Shown: positions 43,165-51,679 of the stretch, piece by piece
Numbering within the stretch: position 1 is the first letter of the stretch
Layout of the letters: the number at the start of each line of letters is the position of its first letter
Assembly (NCBI GenBank): GCA_963706655.1
Contig: CAVPNN010000006.1
Location: 74,356 to 138,355 of the forward strand
Direction of reading: 5' to 3'
Origin: an uncultured beta proteobacterium
GTDB taxonomy: Bacteria; Pseudomonadota; Gammaproteobacteria; Burkholderiales; Burkholderiaceae_C
DNA: 64,000 nucleotides
Notes under the pieces: model-generated
What the model was told of the DNA's origin: nothing
What the model saw: the letters and a program-made list of their open reading frames with translations, nothing else
Database searches by the model: none
Program-made: the position numbers and the translations under genes

Positions 43165-43551
43165 ATGCCGATGTCACGACGTCTTTGGTTCGGGGCCGTG
43201 CTGGCCACCGTCGGTGCGACGGCCGTGGCCGCCAGCGCCCAGCAGTTTCCCGACGTCCTGGAGGTGCGCGTGCGGGCGGCCGGCCCCGATCGTTTCGACT
43301 TCGACGCGACCGTGTCGTCGCCCTATGACACGCCGCAGCGCTACGCCGACGGGTTCCGCGTGCGGGGCCCCGACGGCACGACATTCGGTGAACGCACCCT
43401 GTGGCACGACCATGCCGGCGAGCAGCCCTTCACGCGCGACCTGTACGGGGTCAAGATACCCCGGGGCGTGCGCCAGGTGAGCGTCCAGGCGCGCGACAAG
43501 CAGCATGGCTACGGCGGCCGCAGCGTGACAGTGGACCTGCCGGGTCGCTGA
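43165..43551 (+). CDS. secreted hypothetical protein
   Basis: MPMSRRLWFGAVLATVGATAVAASAQ signal followed by about 100 aa. I recognise no family. Confidence 0.5.
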   Translation: MPMSRRLWFGAVLATVGATAVAASAQQFPDVLEVRVRAAGPDRFDFDATVSSPYDTPQRYADGFRVRGPDGTTFGERTLWHDHAGEQPFTRDLYGVKIPRGVRQVSVQARDKQHGYGGRSVTVDLPGR

Positions 43552-43776
43552 CTACTTCTTCTTGGCGCCGCCTGGGGCCTTGAGCAAGAAGGTGACCTTG
43601 AGGACCACGCGGTACTCGGCGATCTTGCCGCCTTCGACGTTGACCGTCTGGTCCTTGACCCATGCCCCCGTCACGTTGCTGACCGTGTCGTTGGCCCGTG
43701 CGACGCCCTGCTTGATCGCGTCGTCGAAGCTGGTCTTGCTGCTGGCGATGATTTCAATGACTTTGGCAACGGCCAT
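43552..43776 (-). CDS. dodecin-family flavin-binding protein
   Basis: 74-aa MAVAKVIEIIASSKTSFDDAIKQGVARANDTVSNVTGAWVKDQTVNVEGGKIAEYRVVLKVTF, typical dodecin length and pattern. Confidence 0.8.
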   Translation of the reverse strand: MAVAKVIEIIASSKTSFDDAIKQGVARANDTVSNVTGAWVKDQTVNVEGGKIAEYRVVLKVTFLLKAPGGAKKK

Positions 43777-43843
43777 GGGGTTCTCCTTTGTGTAGCGGCA
43801 ACTGATGCAACCCTTTTAGCATGTGCTTCGCCCTTGCTCCGGT

Positions 43844-44608
43844 TCAAGCTTGGGGGAGGTAGCGCGCCGCCCAGACGGCGATCAGATCGGCCGCAAAGCG
43901 CGCGTCTTCGGCTCGGCTGAGAAGGTGGTCGGCATCGTCCAGCGAGACGAAGGACTTCGGGTGGCGGGCCGCCTCGAAGATCTGGCGTGCGCTGTCGACC
44001 GAGACCACATCGTCGCCCGGCGCGTGCAGCACCATCAACGCACGGCGCAGATTGCGGATCCGTTCGAGCTGGGATTGTCCGGCCAGATCGTCGATGAAGC
44101 CGCGGCGAATGGTGAACGGGCGGCCCCCCAGCTGCAGCGTTGCTTCGCCCTCGGACTCGATCACGGCCAGGCCAGCCCCGAACTGCTGCGTCACATGCTG
44201 AGGGTCGAAGGGCGCACCCAGAGTGGCCACGGCCCTGCACTCGGGCACCCGACTCGCCGCGGCCAGCACGGCGGCACCGCCGAGCGAGTGACCGACCAGC
44301 AGCGCCGGCGCCGCGTGGCTGGCACGCAGCCAGTCGGCCGCCGCCACGAGGTCGTCGATGTTGGAGCTGAAATGCGTGTTGGCGAAGTCGCCCCCGCTGC
44401 CGCCGAGGCCGGTGAAGTCGAAGCGCAGCACACCAAAACCATGCTGCGCGAGTGCGCGCGCGATGAAGGCGGCGGCCTTGCTGTCCTTCGAGCAGGTAAA
44501 ACAATGCGCAAACAGCGCCCAGGCGCGGGGAGCGGCGTCGGGCAGGTCCAGGCGGCCTGCCAGCATGGTTGACTGGCTGCCTGGGAATTCGATGCGTTCG
44601 GTAGGCAT
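43844..44608 (-). CDS. alpha/beta hydrolase
   Basis: FAHCFTCSKDSKAA, nucleophile elbow LVGHSLGGAAV, late LDDADHLL. Confidence 0.8.
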   Translation of the reverse strand: MPTERIEFPGSQSTMLAGRLDLPDAAPRAWALFAHCFTCSKDSKAAAFIARALAQHGFGVLRFDFTGLGGSGGDFANTHFSSNIDDLVAAADWLRASHAAPALLVGHSLGGAAVLAAASRVPECRAVATLGAPFDPQHVTQQFGAGLAVIESEGEATLQLGGRPFTIRRGFIDDLAGQSQLERIRNLRRALMVLHAPGDDVVSVDSARQIFEAARHPKSFVSLDDADHLLSRAEDARFAADLIAVWAARYLPQA

Positions 44609-44793
44609 TTGGATTGTCTCGGTGGACTGCGGGTCTTAGGGGGTCGGATGGGGTACAAAGAGCTGACATCCGCGTTGTTCGACGTATATTGCGCCGACGC
44701 GCCCCCAATCGCGAACACCATGTCCAAAACGCCCCGAGTGCCCGACCCTGCACCGCACGCGCCCTATCGCGCGGGCTGGCGTTGAGCGTCACG

Positions 44794-45534
44794 ATGCGCG
44801 ACTTCGAAGAATCCACCCTTTGGCGCCTGAGCGAATACGAGCGCATGTGCGCGCTGACGGGCACCAGCGGCTTCACGCCGCTGTCACGCGAAACGGTGCT
44901 GTCGACCACGCTGACGGCCGAGCTCGGGCGGGTCGAGACCAGTCGCCTGGGGCTGGACCTGCTCGAAGTCGTGGCCGCCTGCATTCGCCACCGTGAGCCG
45001 GCGCTGCTGCTGGTCGAACGCGAGCGCCTGGTCTGGCCGCTGACCTTGTTTCCGGAGCAGACGACGGTGCATTCACCGAACGACTTCGTGGCCAACACGG
45101 CGCAGGGAATCGGCACCGTGCGTCTGCTGTCGATCGAACCGCCTGGTGTGCGGCCCCCGGGCCACTGGCGCAACGACCGGGTCGCCGATCTCGCGCACTA
45201 CCGGCCGCTGGCCCCCCTGCTCTGGCGTCTGGCGATGCTCGGTCCCCGGACGCGGCTGCTCGACGAGATCGCCGGCAAGACGAGCTACCGGGCCCTGCGG
45301 CGCGAGCCCGATGGTGCGGGGCCAGTCGTTTCGTCCGGGGTCGTGGGCGCCGCGGTGGCCCGCCTGCACCGTGAGTCCGCGACGCTGGACGAGGTGGCGC
45401 ACTGGCCCGGCATGGGGCTCGAGCGGGCGAGCCGGATGCTCAACGCGCTGTACCTGACGACCAACCTGATGGTGCTGCGCGGGCCGAGCGCGCGCGCGCG
45501 CGGACGTTCGAACTGGCTGCGCCCCTGGCGCTGA
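44794..45534 (+). CDS. hypothetical protein
   Basis: ATG 44794 (MRDFEESTLWRLSEYERMCALTG...), 246 aa. It is convergent with the tonB-like gene. I recognise no family. Confidence 0.4.
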   Translation: MRDFEESTLWRLSEYERMCALTGTSGFTPLSRETVLSTTLTAELGRVETSRLGLDLLEVVAACIRHREPALLLVERERLVWPLTLFPEQTTVHSPNDFVANTAQGIGTVRLLSIEPPGVRPPGHWRNDRVADLAHYRPLAPLLWRLAMLGPRTRLLDEIAGKTSYRALRREPDGAGPVVSSGVVGAAVARLHRESATLDEVAHWPGMGLERASRMLNALYLTTNLMVLRGPSARARGRSNWLRPWR

Positions 45535-45561
45535 GGCCGGGCCCGGCCGGGCGGGCCGGAT

Positions 45562-46650
45562 TCACGACGGCAGGAAGTCCACCGGCCACGACACGACCAT
45601 CGTGTCGACATCCTTGTTGCCGAATTCGAAACTGCGCACGCGGGCGGTGAGCTTGCGTTCCAGTTCGGCGGCGGCCAGGTCGCTCGAGATCACGCGACAG
45701 TCGATCACTTCGCCGCTGGGCGCGATCCTGAGCTCGAGCACGACCTTGCCCTGCAGACCGGGTTCGTCGCGCAAGGCGCGGTTGTAGAGCGCGTAGATGG
45801 CGCCCTTGTGGCGCTCGAACACGAGGCGGATCTCCTCGATCGACCGTGAGGCCTTGCCACTGCCACTGCGCTTGAGCGCGCCACCGGCCTTGCCGACGCC
45901 GCTGCCGTCGCCCCCGGCTGCAGTGCCACCGCCCGCACCACCGCCCGGGCCCCCACCACCGCCTCCGCCGATCGAGCCTTCGACCAGGGTCGTGGCGCGG
46001 CCTGCGAGGCCGCCACCGCCGGTGTCGCGGCTGTAGGCGCCGGTGGCGATGCCGCCGCTGCCCCGGGTTGCGGTCGAGGTGATCATCGCGCGCGTCGGGA
46101 CCCCGGCCTGGGTGCCGGCGCCCACGCCGGGACCACTGCCCGCCCCGACGCCGGGGCCGGGCTTGATCTCGGCATTGAGCTGCACCGCGACAGGTGCGGC
46201 GCTGAGCTGGTGGATCTGGTCCTTCATCGCGAGCAGTCCGACGCCAGAGGCGATCCGGCGCGCCGACTCGAGGTTCTCTCCCGGCGCCTGGCCCTTGACC
46301 GGGTTGCGTGCGGCGGCCACCGAGGCGGGCTGCGGCTTGGGTCTGGCCACCGGGATCGGTGCTTCTTTCTGCGCCACGGCGTTCTGCGGCGGCGGCGCGG
46401 GTGGCTTGGCAGCCGGCTTGACCGGCAACGGCGCTGCAGGCGGCAGCAGCAGCTTGGCGATGCGAGTCGGAGGCGCCGGTGCCGGCGCGGGGTCGGGCTC
46501 ACGCACCGGCGCGAGCAGCAGCACCGCGCACAACACGACCGTCGTGCCCAGCACCCACTGCTGGATGCGGTGAAACCGCTGTTCGTCGGCCGCGCTGGCA
46601 GACCACGCGAGCACGCCGTGGCGGAAGGAGAGGGCAGAGGCGGTCGTCAC
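45562..46650 (-). CDS. TonB-like energy transducer with Pro-rich and Gly-rich spacers (AgmX/PglI-type C-terminal domain by pattern)
   Basis: GTG start 2 nt after exbD, single TM helix VLGTTVVLCAVLLLAPV, and Pro-rich PDPAPAPAPP...PPAAPLPVKPAAKPPAPPP. The Gly-rich stretch is GGGGGGPGGGAGGGTAAGGDGSG. The C-terminal domain is IYALYNRALRDEPGLQGKVVLELRIAPSGEVIDCRV. Confidence 0.75.
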   Translation of the reverse strand: MTTASALSFRHGVLAWSASAADEQRFHRIQQWVLGTTVVLCAVLLLAPVREPDPAPAPAPPTRIAKLLLPPAAPLPVKPAAKPPAPPPQNAVAQKEAPIPVARPKPQPASVAAARNPVKGQAPGENLESARRIASGVGLLAMKDQIHQLSAAPVAVQLNAEIKPGPGVGAGSGPGVGAGTQAGVPTRAMITSTATRGSGGIATGAYSRDTGGGGLAGRATTLVEGSIGGGGGGGPGGGAGGGTAAGGDGSGVGKAGGALKRSGSGKASRSIEEIRLVFERHKGAIYALYNRALRDEPGLQGKVVLELRIAPSGEVIDCRVISSDLAAAELERKLTARVRSFEFGNKDVDTMVVSWPVDFLPS

Positions 46651-46652
46651 GA

Positions 46653-47114
46653 TCAGACCTCGTTGCGCACCGCGAAGGCGACGTCGACGTACTCGGCCTG
46701 GGCGGCGGTCACCATCACCTTGCGCAGCAGCCGGTAGGGGATGTCCTTGTCGCCCATGATCGTCAGCGTCTTCGATGCAGAGGGCTGCCTGCGGGTCTGG
46801 CTCAACTCGGCTTGCAGTGACGCAATCAGATCACCCTCGGCGCCCATGACCTCGGCCACGCTCGCGATCACCCGGCCGTCGACCAGGATCTGGTCGGCAC
46901 TGATCGCGACGACAACGGTCGGCTTGGGCTCGGCCTCGACCACCGATGTCGGCAGCTTGACGCCTTTGTGGGCCGGCAGGCTCTCGATGCCATTGGCGCT
47001 GGAGAGCAGGAAGAAGAGCAGGATCGTGAAGATGTCGATCAGCGCGACCAGGTTCATGTCCAGGCCCTGCTTGTTGCGCTCGCCGCGTGCGGCGCGTTTC
47101 TGCAAAGGGGTCAT
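46653..47114 (-). CDS. exbD: biopolymer transport protein ExbD/TolR (second copy)
   Basis: MNLVALIDIFTILLFFLL TM helix and periplasmic domain ...TLTIMGDKDIPYRLLRKVMVTAAQAEY. ATGA overlap with the upstream exbD. Confidence 0.85.
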   Translation of the reverse strand: MTPLQKRAARGERNKQGLDMNLVALIDIFTILLFFLLSSANGIESLPAHKGVKLPTSVVEAEPKPTVVVAISADQILVDGRVIASVAEVMGAEGDLIASLQAELSQTRRQPSASKTLTIMGDKDIPYRLLRKVMVTAAQAEYVDVAFAVRNEV

Positions 47115-47605
47115 GGTGCGCTCGCACGTGCCGGTGCGTCGCCGACCGCGATCTCGGGGAACAGTTCGTGCACGTCGCGGCCCTGCAATTCGCGGTGTTC
47201 ACGCACCGCATCCATCACGTGCACGATCTGCTCGTAGGGCGTGTCGGTCTCGGCCAGCACGCTGGCCTGCTTCTCGTCGGGGAACCTGGCCTTGACCTGC
47301 TGCAGCAGGGTGCCGAGCGCGACCACATCGTGACCTTTGGCGGTGTCGGGGATGCGCTGGATCAGGCCGCCGACCCTGTCACCGACCTCGAGCGCGTTCG
47401 GTCGGATCACGATCTCGAGCTGCAGCTTCTCGGCCTTCAGGGTCTCAAGGCCGGGCGCAGCCGCGGCTGGCAACGACAACTCCAGCACCGACATGCGCGT
47501 GAACACGGCGGTCGACAGCAGGAAGGGCACGAGCACGACGATCAGGTTGATGAAGGCCGTGACCTCCAGCTCGGCCGGCTTCTTGTGCAGGCGGCGGACT
47601 CGCAT
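47111..47605 (-). CDS. exbD: biopolymer transport protein ExbD/TolR (first copy)
   Basis: AELEVTAFINLIVVLVPFLL TM helix and ...SVLAETDTPYEQIVHVMDAV. Starts 2 nt after the exbB stop. Confidence 0.85.
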   Translation of the reverse strand: MRVRRLHKKPAELEVTAFINLIVVLVPFLLSTAVFTRMSVLELSLPAAAAPGLETLKAEKLQLEIVIRPNALEVGDRVGGLIQRIPDTAKGHDVVALGTLLQQVKARFPDEKQASVLAETDTPYEQIVHVMDAVREHRELQGRDVHELFPEIAVGDAPARASAP

Positions 47606-47607
47606 GA

Positions 47608-48267
47608 TCAGCCGGCTCTCTGGTTCGCCGGCTCCGGCGCCAGGCGCTGGACCAGGTTCAGGAAGCTGATCTTGGCCGCCTCGAGACCATCGACGATCTC
47701 GGTCGTGCGCGCCTGCAGGAAGGCGTGGATGAGCAGGAAGGGGATCGCCACCATGAGCGCGAACGCGGTGTTGTTCATCGCGATCGAGATGCTCGACGCC
47801 AGCATCTCGGCCTTGCTCGCCGGATCGACCTGGGCCACTGCAGTGAAGCCCTTGATGAGACCGATGATGGTGCCGAGCAGGCCGACCAGCGTGATGACGT
47901 TGGCGAAGGTTGCGATGTAGTGGGTGCGCTTTTCCAGGCGCGGCACGATCTCCATCATGCCTTCCTCCATCGCGGCGTCGATGTCCTCACGCCGGCGTGC
48001 GCTTTGCATGCGGGTCAGACCGTTGTGCACGATCTTGCCGATCGCGGCGTGCGAGGCCTGGGCGACACCATGCACTTCGCTGAACTTGCCGCCCTGGAGC
48101 ATCGGCAGCATCTGGTCCCAGAGCTTGCGGTTCTCGCTGCGCGTGCGGCGCAGGAACAGATGGCGCTCGATGGCGATCGACAGCCCGACCGCCATGATCA
48201 GCATGCTGATGTAGATGAACATGCCTGAGTCCTGGACGAACTTGACGGCGAACTCGAATCCGTTCAT
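47608..48267 (-). CDS. exbB: MotA/TolQ/ExbB proton-channel protein
   Basis: 219 aa, three TM helices, conserved block IATFANVITLVGLLGTIIGLIKGF...SISIAMNNTAFALMVAIPFLLIH. Confidence 0.9.
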   Translation of the reverse strand: MNGFEFAVKFVQDSGMFIYISMLIMAVGLSIAIERHLFLRRTRSENRKLWDQMLPMLQGGKFSEVHGVAQASHAAIGKIVHNGLTRMQSARRREDIDAAMEEGMMEIVPRLEKRTHYIATFANVITLVGLLGTIIGLIKGFTAVAQVDPASKAEMLASSISIAMNNTAFALMVAIPFLLIHAFLQARTTEIVDGLEAAKISFLNLVQRLAPEPANQRAG

Positions 48268-48575
48268 TTCTGAATCTCCTTGGGGGCGGGGGGCGATGCG
48301 GTTGACGTGGGAATGGACTTGGCCAGTTGCGCGTTGAAGCTGAGCTGGCGGCGGAATTCGTCGCGGTCGAGCGGTGCGAGCACCTCGTCGATCACGCTGA
48401 CCGGGGGGCGCGACGACAGCTCACCGGGCAGCGGCTTCTTCCACGGCACGATGTAGAGCACCTTGGGCAACTCGCGGTTGCCGATGATCTGCGTGCGGTC
48501 GATGGCGGCGCGGTCCTGGGCCGATGCCGCGCTGCCGAGCGCGACCAGCAAGGCGCATCCGATGCGGGGGTTCAT
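48264..48575 (-). CDS. small secreted protein of unknown function
   Basis: 103 aa, MNPRIGCALLVALGSAASAQ signal. ATGA overlaps at both ends (48572-48575 and 48264-48267). Confidence 0.55.
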   Translation of the reverse strand: MNPRIGCALLVALGSAASAQDRAAIDRTQIIGNRELPKVLYIVPWKKPLPGELSSRPPVSVIDEVLAPLDRDEFRRQLSFNAQLAKSIPTSTASPPAPKEIQK

Positions 48576-51500
48576 GGGCGGCCCTCCTTGCGACTGACGG
48601 TGATCGGCGGGTCCCTGCGCGTCTTCAGGTCGGCGACCCACTTCGACACCGTCGCGTCGCCGCTCGGCAGCAGGGCCAGATAGCCCTGGTAGAGATCGAG
48701 TGCGCGCGCACGTTGGCCCAGGTAGAGGTCGTGCAGGATGGCCTGGTCGAGCAGGGCGTCGGCATGCATGGGGTTGAGCGCCAGCGCCTGGTCGTAGGCG
48801 TCGCGCGCGCCCTTGAACTGGCCCTGGCGACGGCGCGCGACGCCGAGCGCAGTCCAGCCGGCCGCGTCGCTGGCACCACGCTGCTCGAGCTCGGCCAGCG
48901 TCGCCGTGACCGCGCCGCGTTCGGCCTTGGCATAACGCGCGGGTTTGAGCGTGGCCAGGGCGGCAAAGCTGCGCTGGACCCAGTCGTCGTAAAGGCCGTC
49001 GGCAGCGCGCCGCGCGTTCGCCTCGTGCAGCTCGATGGCCTTTTCCTCGAACGGAAAGGCCTGCTCCTCGAGCATGACGTTGTACTGCTCGAGCGCGGCC
49101 CGGCTCAGCTTGCGCGGGCGCTCGGACTGCATCATGGCCTGACCGAAATGCTGGTACAGGGCAGCGCTGTGGAAAGCGGCGGCGGTGACGGCCTCGGTGA
49201 CGCCGTATTCGGACAGCGTGGCACAGGCTTGCAACGCTTCCTCGAGCCTGGCCTTCTTGAGTTTCAGGCTGCGCTGCAGCGGCTCGACCAGGCGCAACTG
49301 ACGATAAGACTCGAACACCGGTTCGGACAGCTGCAGCGTGGCCCGCGCGGCGAGTGTGCGGGTGCGCTCGCTGCGTTCGTCGGCGCCACTGCGGTCGGCT
49401 TGCTGGATCGCCTTCAACCACGACAGTTCGGTCTTGCGGTCGCCCGCCTGGCGGGCGAAGTCGGCGAGTTGCTGGCGCGCATCGATGGCAGGTGCCAGCG
49501 GCTGCGGGTGCGACGCGACATAACGCTCGAAGGCCCGTTGCGCGTCGGATCGCTGGCCGGCCTTGGCGTACAGCTCGGCGACCTGCCAATGTGCGTCGCG
49601 CGCCGCGGCGGCGTCGCCCAGGGCCGGCGCCATCCGCTCGAGCTCGGCGGCGGCGGGGCCCCACTGCTGCTGCTCCAGATGGGCCAGCGCGAGTTTGGCC
49701 GGGATCTCGGCAGCGAGCGCGTGGCCGGGGAAGCGCTGGCGGAAGTCCTGCAGCGCACGCGTGGCGCCGGGCCAGTCCTTCAGCGCGATCAGCGTGGCCG
49801 CCGCGTCGTACTGCGCGGGCGCCATCACGCTGGTGGCCGAGCCAAGTGCGCTGACCCGGTCGAAATGGGCGACCGCGTCGCGCAGCTGGCCGCCCGACCG
49901 GGCCGCTTCGCCCTGCTTGTAGATCGATGCCGCGAGACGTTCATCGACTTCCGCGCGGGCCTTGTCACTGGCGGGTGTCAGGGCGAGCACCTGCCTGTAA
50001 CCGGCCTCCGCCAGCAGGAAGTCGGCGCGCTCGAAGGCGCCGTGCGAGACGACGGTCCAGGCGACGCGGCGTTGCGCGTCGGGCGCTGGTGGTTTCAGCG
50101 CGAGCACCCGCTCGGCGACGTCGACCGCGGCCTTGCTGTCCTTGAGGGCAAACAGCGTCTCGGCAGCGTGGGTCAGCACCGGGCCGGTGCGCGGGTCGAC
50201 CGGGAAGGCGTCGGCGAAGCGCAGCGCACGTGCCACGCCGACGCGCTGCAGCCCCGCGGGGTCGGTTGCGGCCTGCTCCAGCTTGGTCTGCGCCAGCAAC
50301 ACGGCGTAGCCGGCGTCGGCGCTGCGCGCGTGCAGCGGGTAGTCGTAGGCGACTTGTTCGTAGGCCGTCGCGGCGTCGTCGTAGCGGGCGTTCTCGTACA
50401 GGAGTTCGGCGAGCAGGAAGCGGCTCTGGGCGGCTTCGGGTTCGTTCGGGAACGACGCCAGCCAGGCGCGATACCAGCGCACGGCTTCGTCCACATCTTC
50501 GCCGCTGCGGCTCTTCTGCGCCAGCGCATGGTGGTGGCGCGCCAGTTCGGCCAGGTGGGTCTTGACAAAGGGCTGGGCCGACTGCCAGACCTCGGGGTTG
50601 GCGCTCTGGAATCCGCTGTCCAGGCCGTAACGGGCCACGTAGTCCTTCTTCGACTGCAGCGCCAGCGCGGCAAAGCCGTTCTTCTCGTGGATCTCGATCA
50701 CGTGCGACAGGAAGACCGGCGCCTGGGCGTGCAGCGGGCGAACACGCGCGAACGCGGCGAGGCTGTCGGCAGCGTCCTTGATGCGTTCCTGCTTCAGGTA
50801 GAGCTCGGCCAGGTGGCTGTAGACCTGGGGCTCGAAGACCTGGCGCCGGGACGTCGTGACGTAGGCCGGGATCGACGCGGCGCCCTGCAGGTTCTGCAGA
50901 GCCAGGCTGGTGACGCGGAAGGTGTCTTCGAGCAGTTCGCGGTCGGCGCGTGTCAAGGCCTCGCGCGTGCCCGCGTCGTCGGGTGCGAGCTTGCCTTCGA
51001 GGACGCCGAAGAAGGAGTGCAGGGACTCGTCCAGCCGCCCTTGCTTGAACAGCGACCAGCCGTGCATGAAAAGGGCGCGCTCTCTGAACTGGCTCGCCGG
51101 TTCGGCCCGCAGCACTGCGGCGAAGGCACGCTCTGCGTCCGGATGGCGGCGCGCGGTGAAGAGCAGTTCACCACGCCGGAACTGGACTTCGTCGAGGGTG
51201 GGCGCGGCCGGGAATTCGGCGACCAGGCGGTCGAGTGTGCTGAGCGCCGATGGCGCGTCCGCGCTCAGCTCCTGGGCACGTGCCAGTTGGTAGAGCACGC
51301 GGTGGTTGCCCGGGTCCTTCGGGTAGGCGCGGAGGTAGTCGGTGTAGCGCGCGATGGCAGCGCGGTAGTCAGGTGCCGCGCCGGTCTGTGCGCTGCGGTC
51401 GTCGGTGACGGCCATCTCGAGGTCGCCCAGGCGGCGCGACGCCTCGGCACGCTGGATGGCGTTGGGCGCAGCGGCGAGGAAGGCACGGTAGGCCGCGATG

Positions 51501-51679
51501 GCCTGTTCGGGGCTGGCCTGCACGCCACCATCGGGTGCAACCGTGACCTTGCGGTCGGCCAAGGTGGCCAGCGTGGGTTCGTTGTCCGGTGAGCCTCGCC
51601 TGGGGCTCGCGCAGCCGGCCAACGCCGCGATGGCGACGGCACCGACCATCCAATGACCGGCGTCAACGCGGCGTGGCAT
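48572..51679 (-). CDS. large TPR-repeat lipoprotein (about 1030 aa)
   Basis: Lipobox AIAALAGC near the N-terminus. Helical repeats with A/L/Y/R periodicity throughout (e.g. AIAAYRAFLAAAPN, AIARYTDYLRAYPKDP, VLYQLARAQELS). The start is ATG 51679 or ATG 51649. Confidence 0.8.
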   Translation of the reverse strand: MPRRVDAGHWMVGAVAIAALAGCASPRRGSPDNEPTLATLADRKVTVAPDGGVQASPEQAIAAYRAFLAAAPNAIQRAEASRRLGDLEMAVTDDRSAQTGAAPDYRAAIARYTDYLRAYPKDPGNHRVLYQLARAQELSADAPSALSTLDRLVAEFPAAPTLDEVQFRRGELLFTARRHPDAERAFAAVLRAEPASQFRERALFMHGWSLFKQGRLDESLHSFFGVLEGKLAPDDAGTREALTRADRELLEDTFRVTSLALQNLQGAASIPAYVTTSRRQVFEPQVYSHLAELYLKQERIKDAADSLAAFARVRPLHAQAPVFLSHVIEIHEKNGFAALALQSKKDYVARYGLDSGFQSANPEVWQSAQPFVKTHLAELARHHHALAQKSRSGEDVDEAVRWYRAWLASFPNEPEAAQSRFLLAELLYENARYDDAATAYEQVAYDYPLHARSADAGYAVLLAQTKLEQAATDPAGLQRVGVARALRFADAFPVDPRTGPVLTHAAETLFALKDSKAAVDVAERVLALKPPAPDAQRRVAWTVVSHGAFERADFLLAEAGYRQVLALTPASDKARAEVDERLAASIYKQGEAARSGGQLRDAVAHFDRVSALGSATSVMAPAQYDAAATLIALKDWPGATRALQDFRQRFPGHALAAEIPAKLALAHLEQQQWGPAAAELERMAPALGDAAAARDAHWQVAELYAKAGQRSDAQRAFERYVASHPQPLAPAIDARQQLADFARQAGDRKTELSWLKAIQQADRSGADERSERTRTLAARATLQLSEPVFESYRQLRLVEPLQRSLKLKKARLEEALQACATLSEYGVTEAVTAAAFHSAALYQHFGQAMMQSERPRKLSRAALEQYNVMLEEQAFPFEEKAIELHEANARRAADGLYDDWVQRSFAALATLKPARYAKAERGAVTATLAELEQRGASDAAGWTALGVARRRQGQFKGARDAYDQALALNPMHADALLDQAILHDLYLGQRARALDLYQGYLALLPSGDATVSKWVADLKTRRDPPITVSRKEGRP

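Noticed and set aside
45535-45548. The GC-only palindrome GGCCGGGCCCGGCC between the convergent hypothetical and tonB-like genes, considered as a bidirectional terminator.
   Set aside because: There is no loop and no flanking T or A tract, and such palindromes are common in this GC-rich sequence. It cannot be supported as a terminator.
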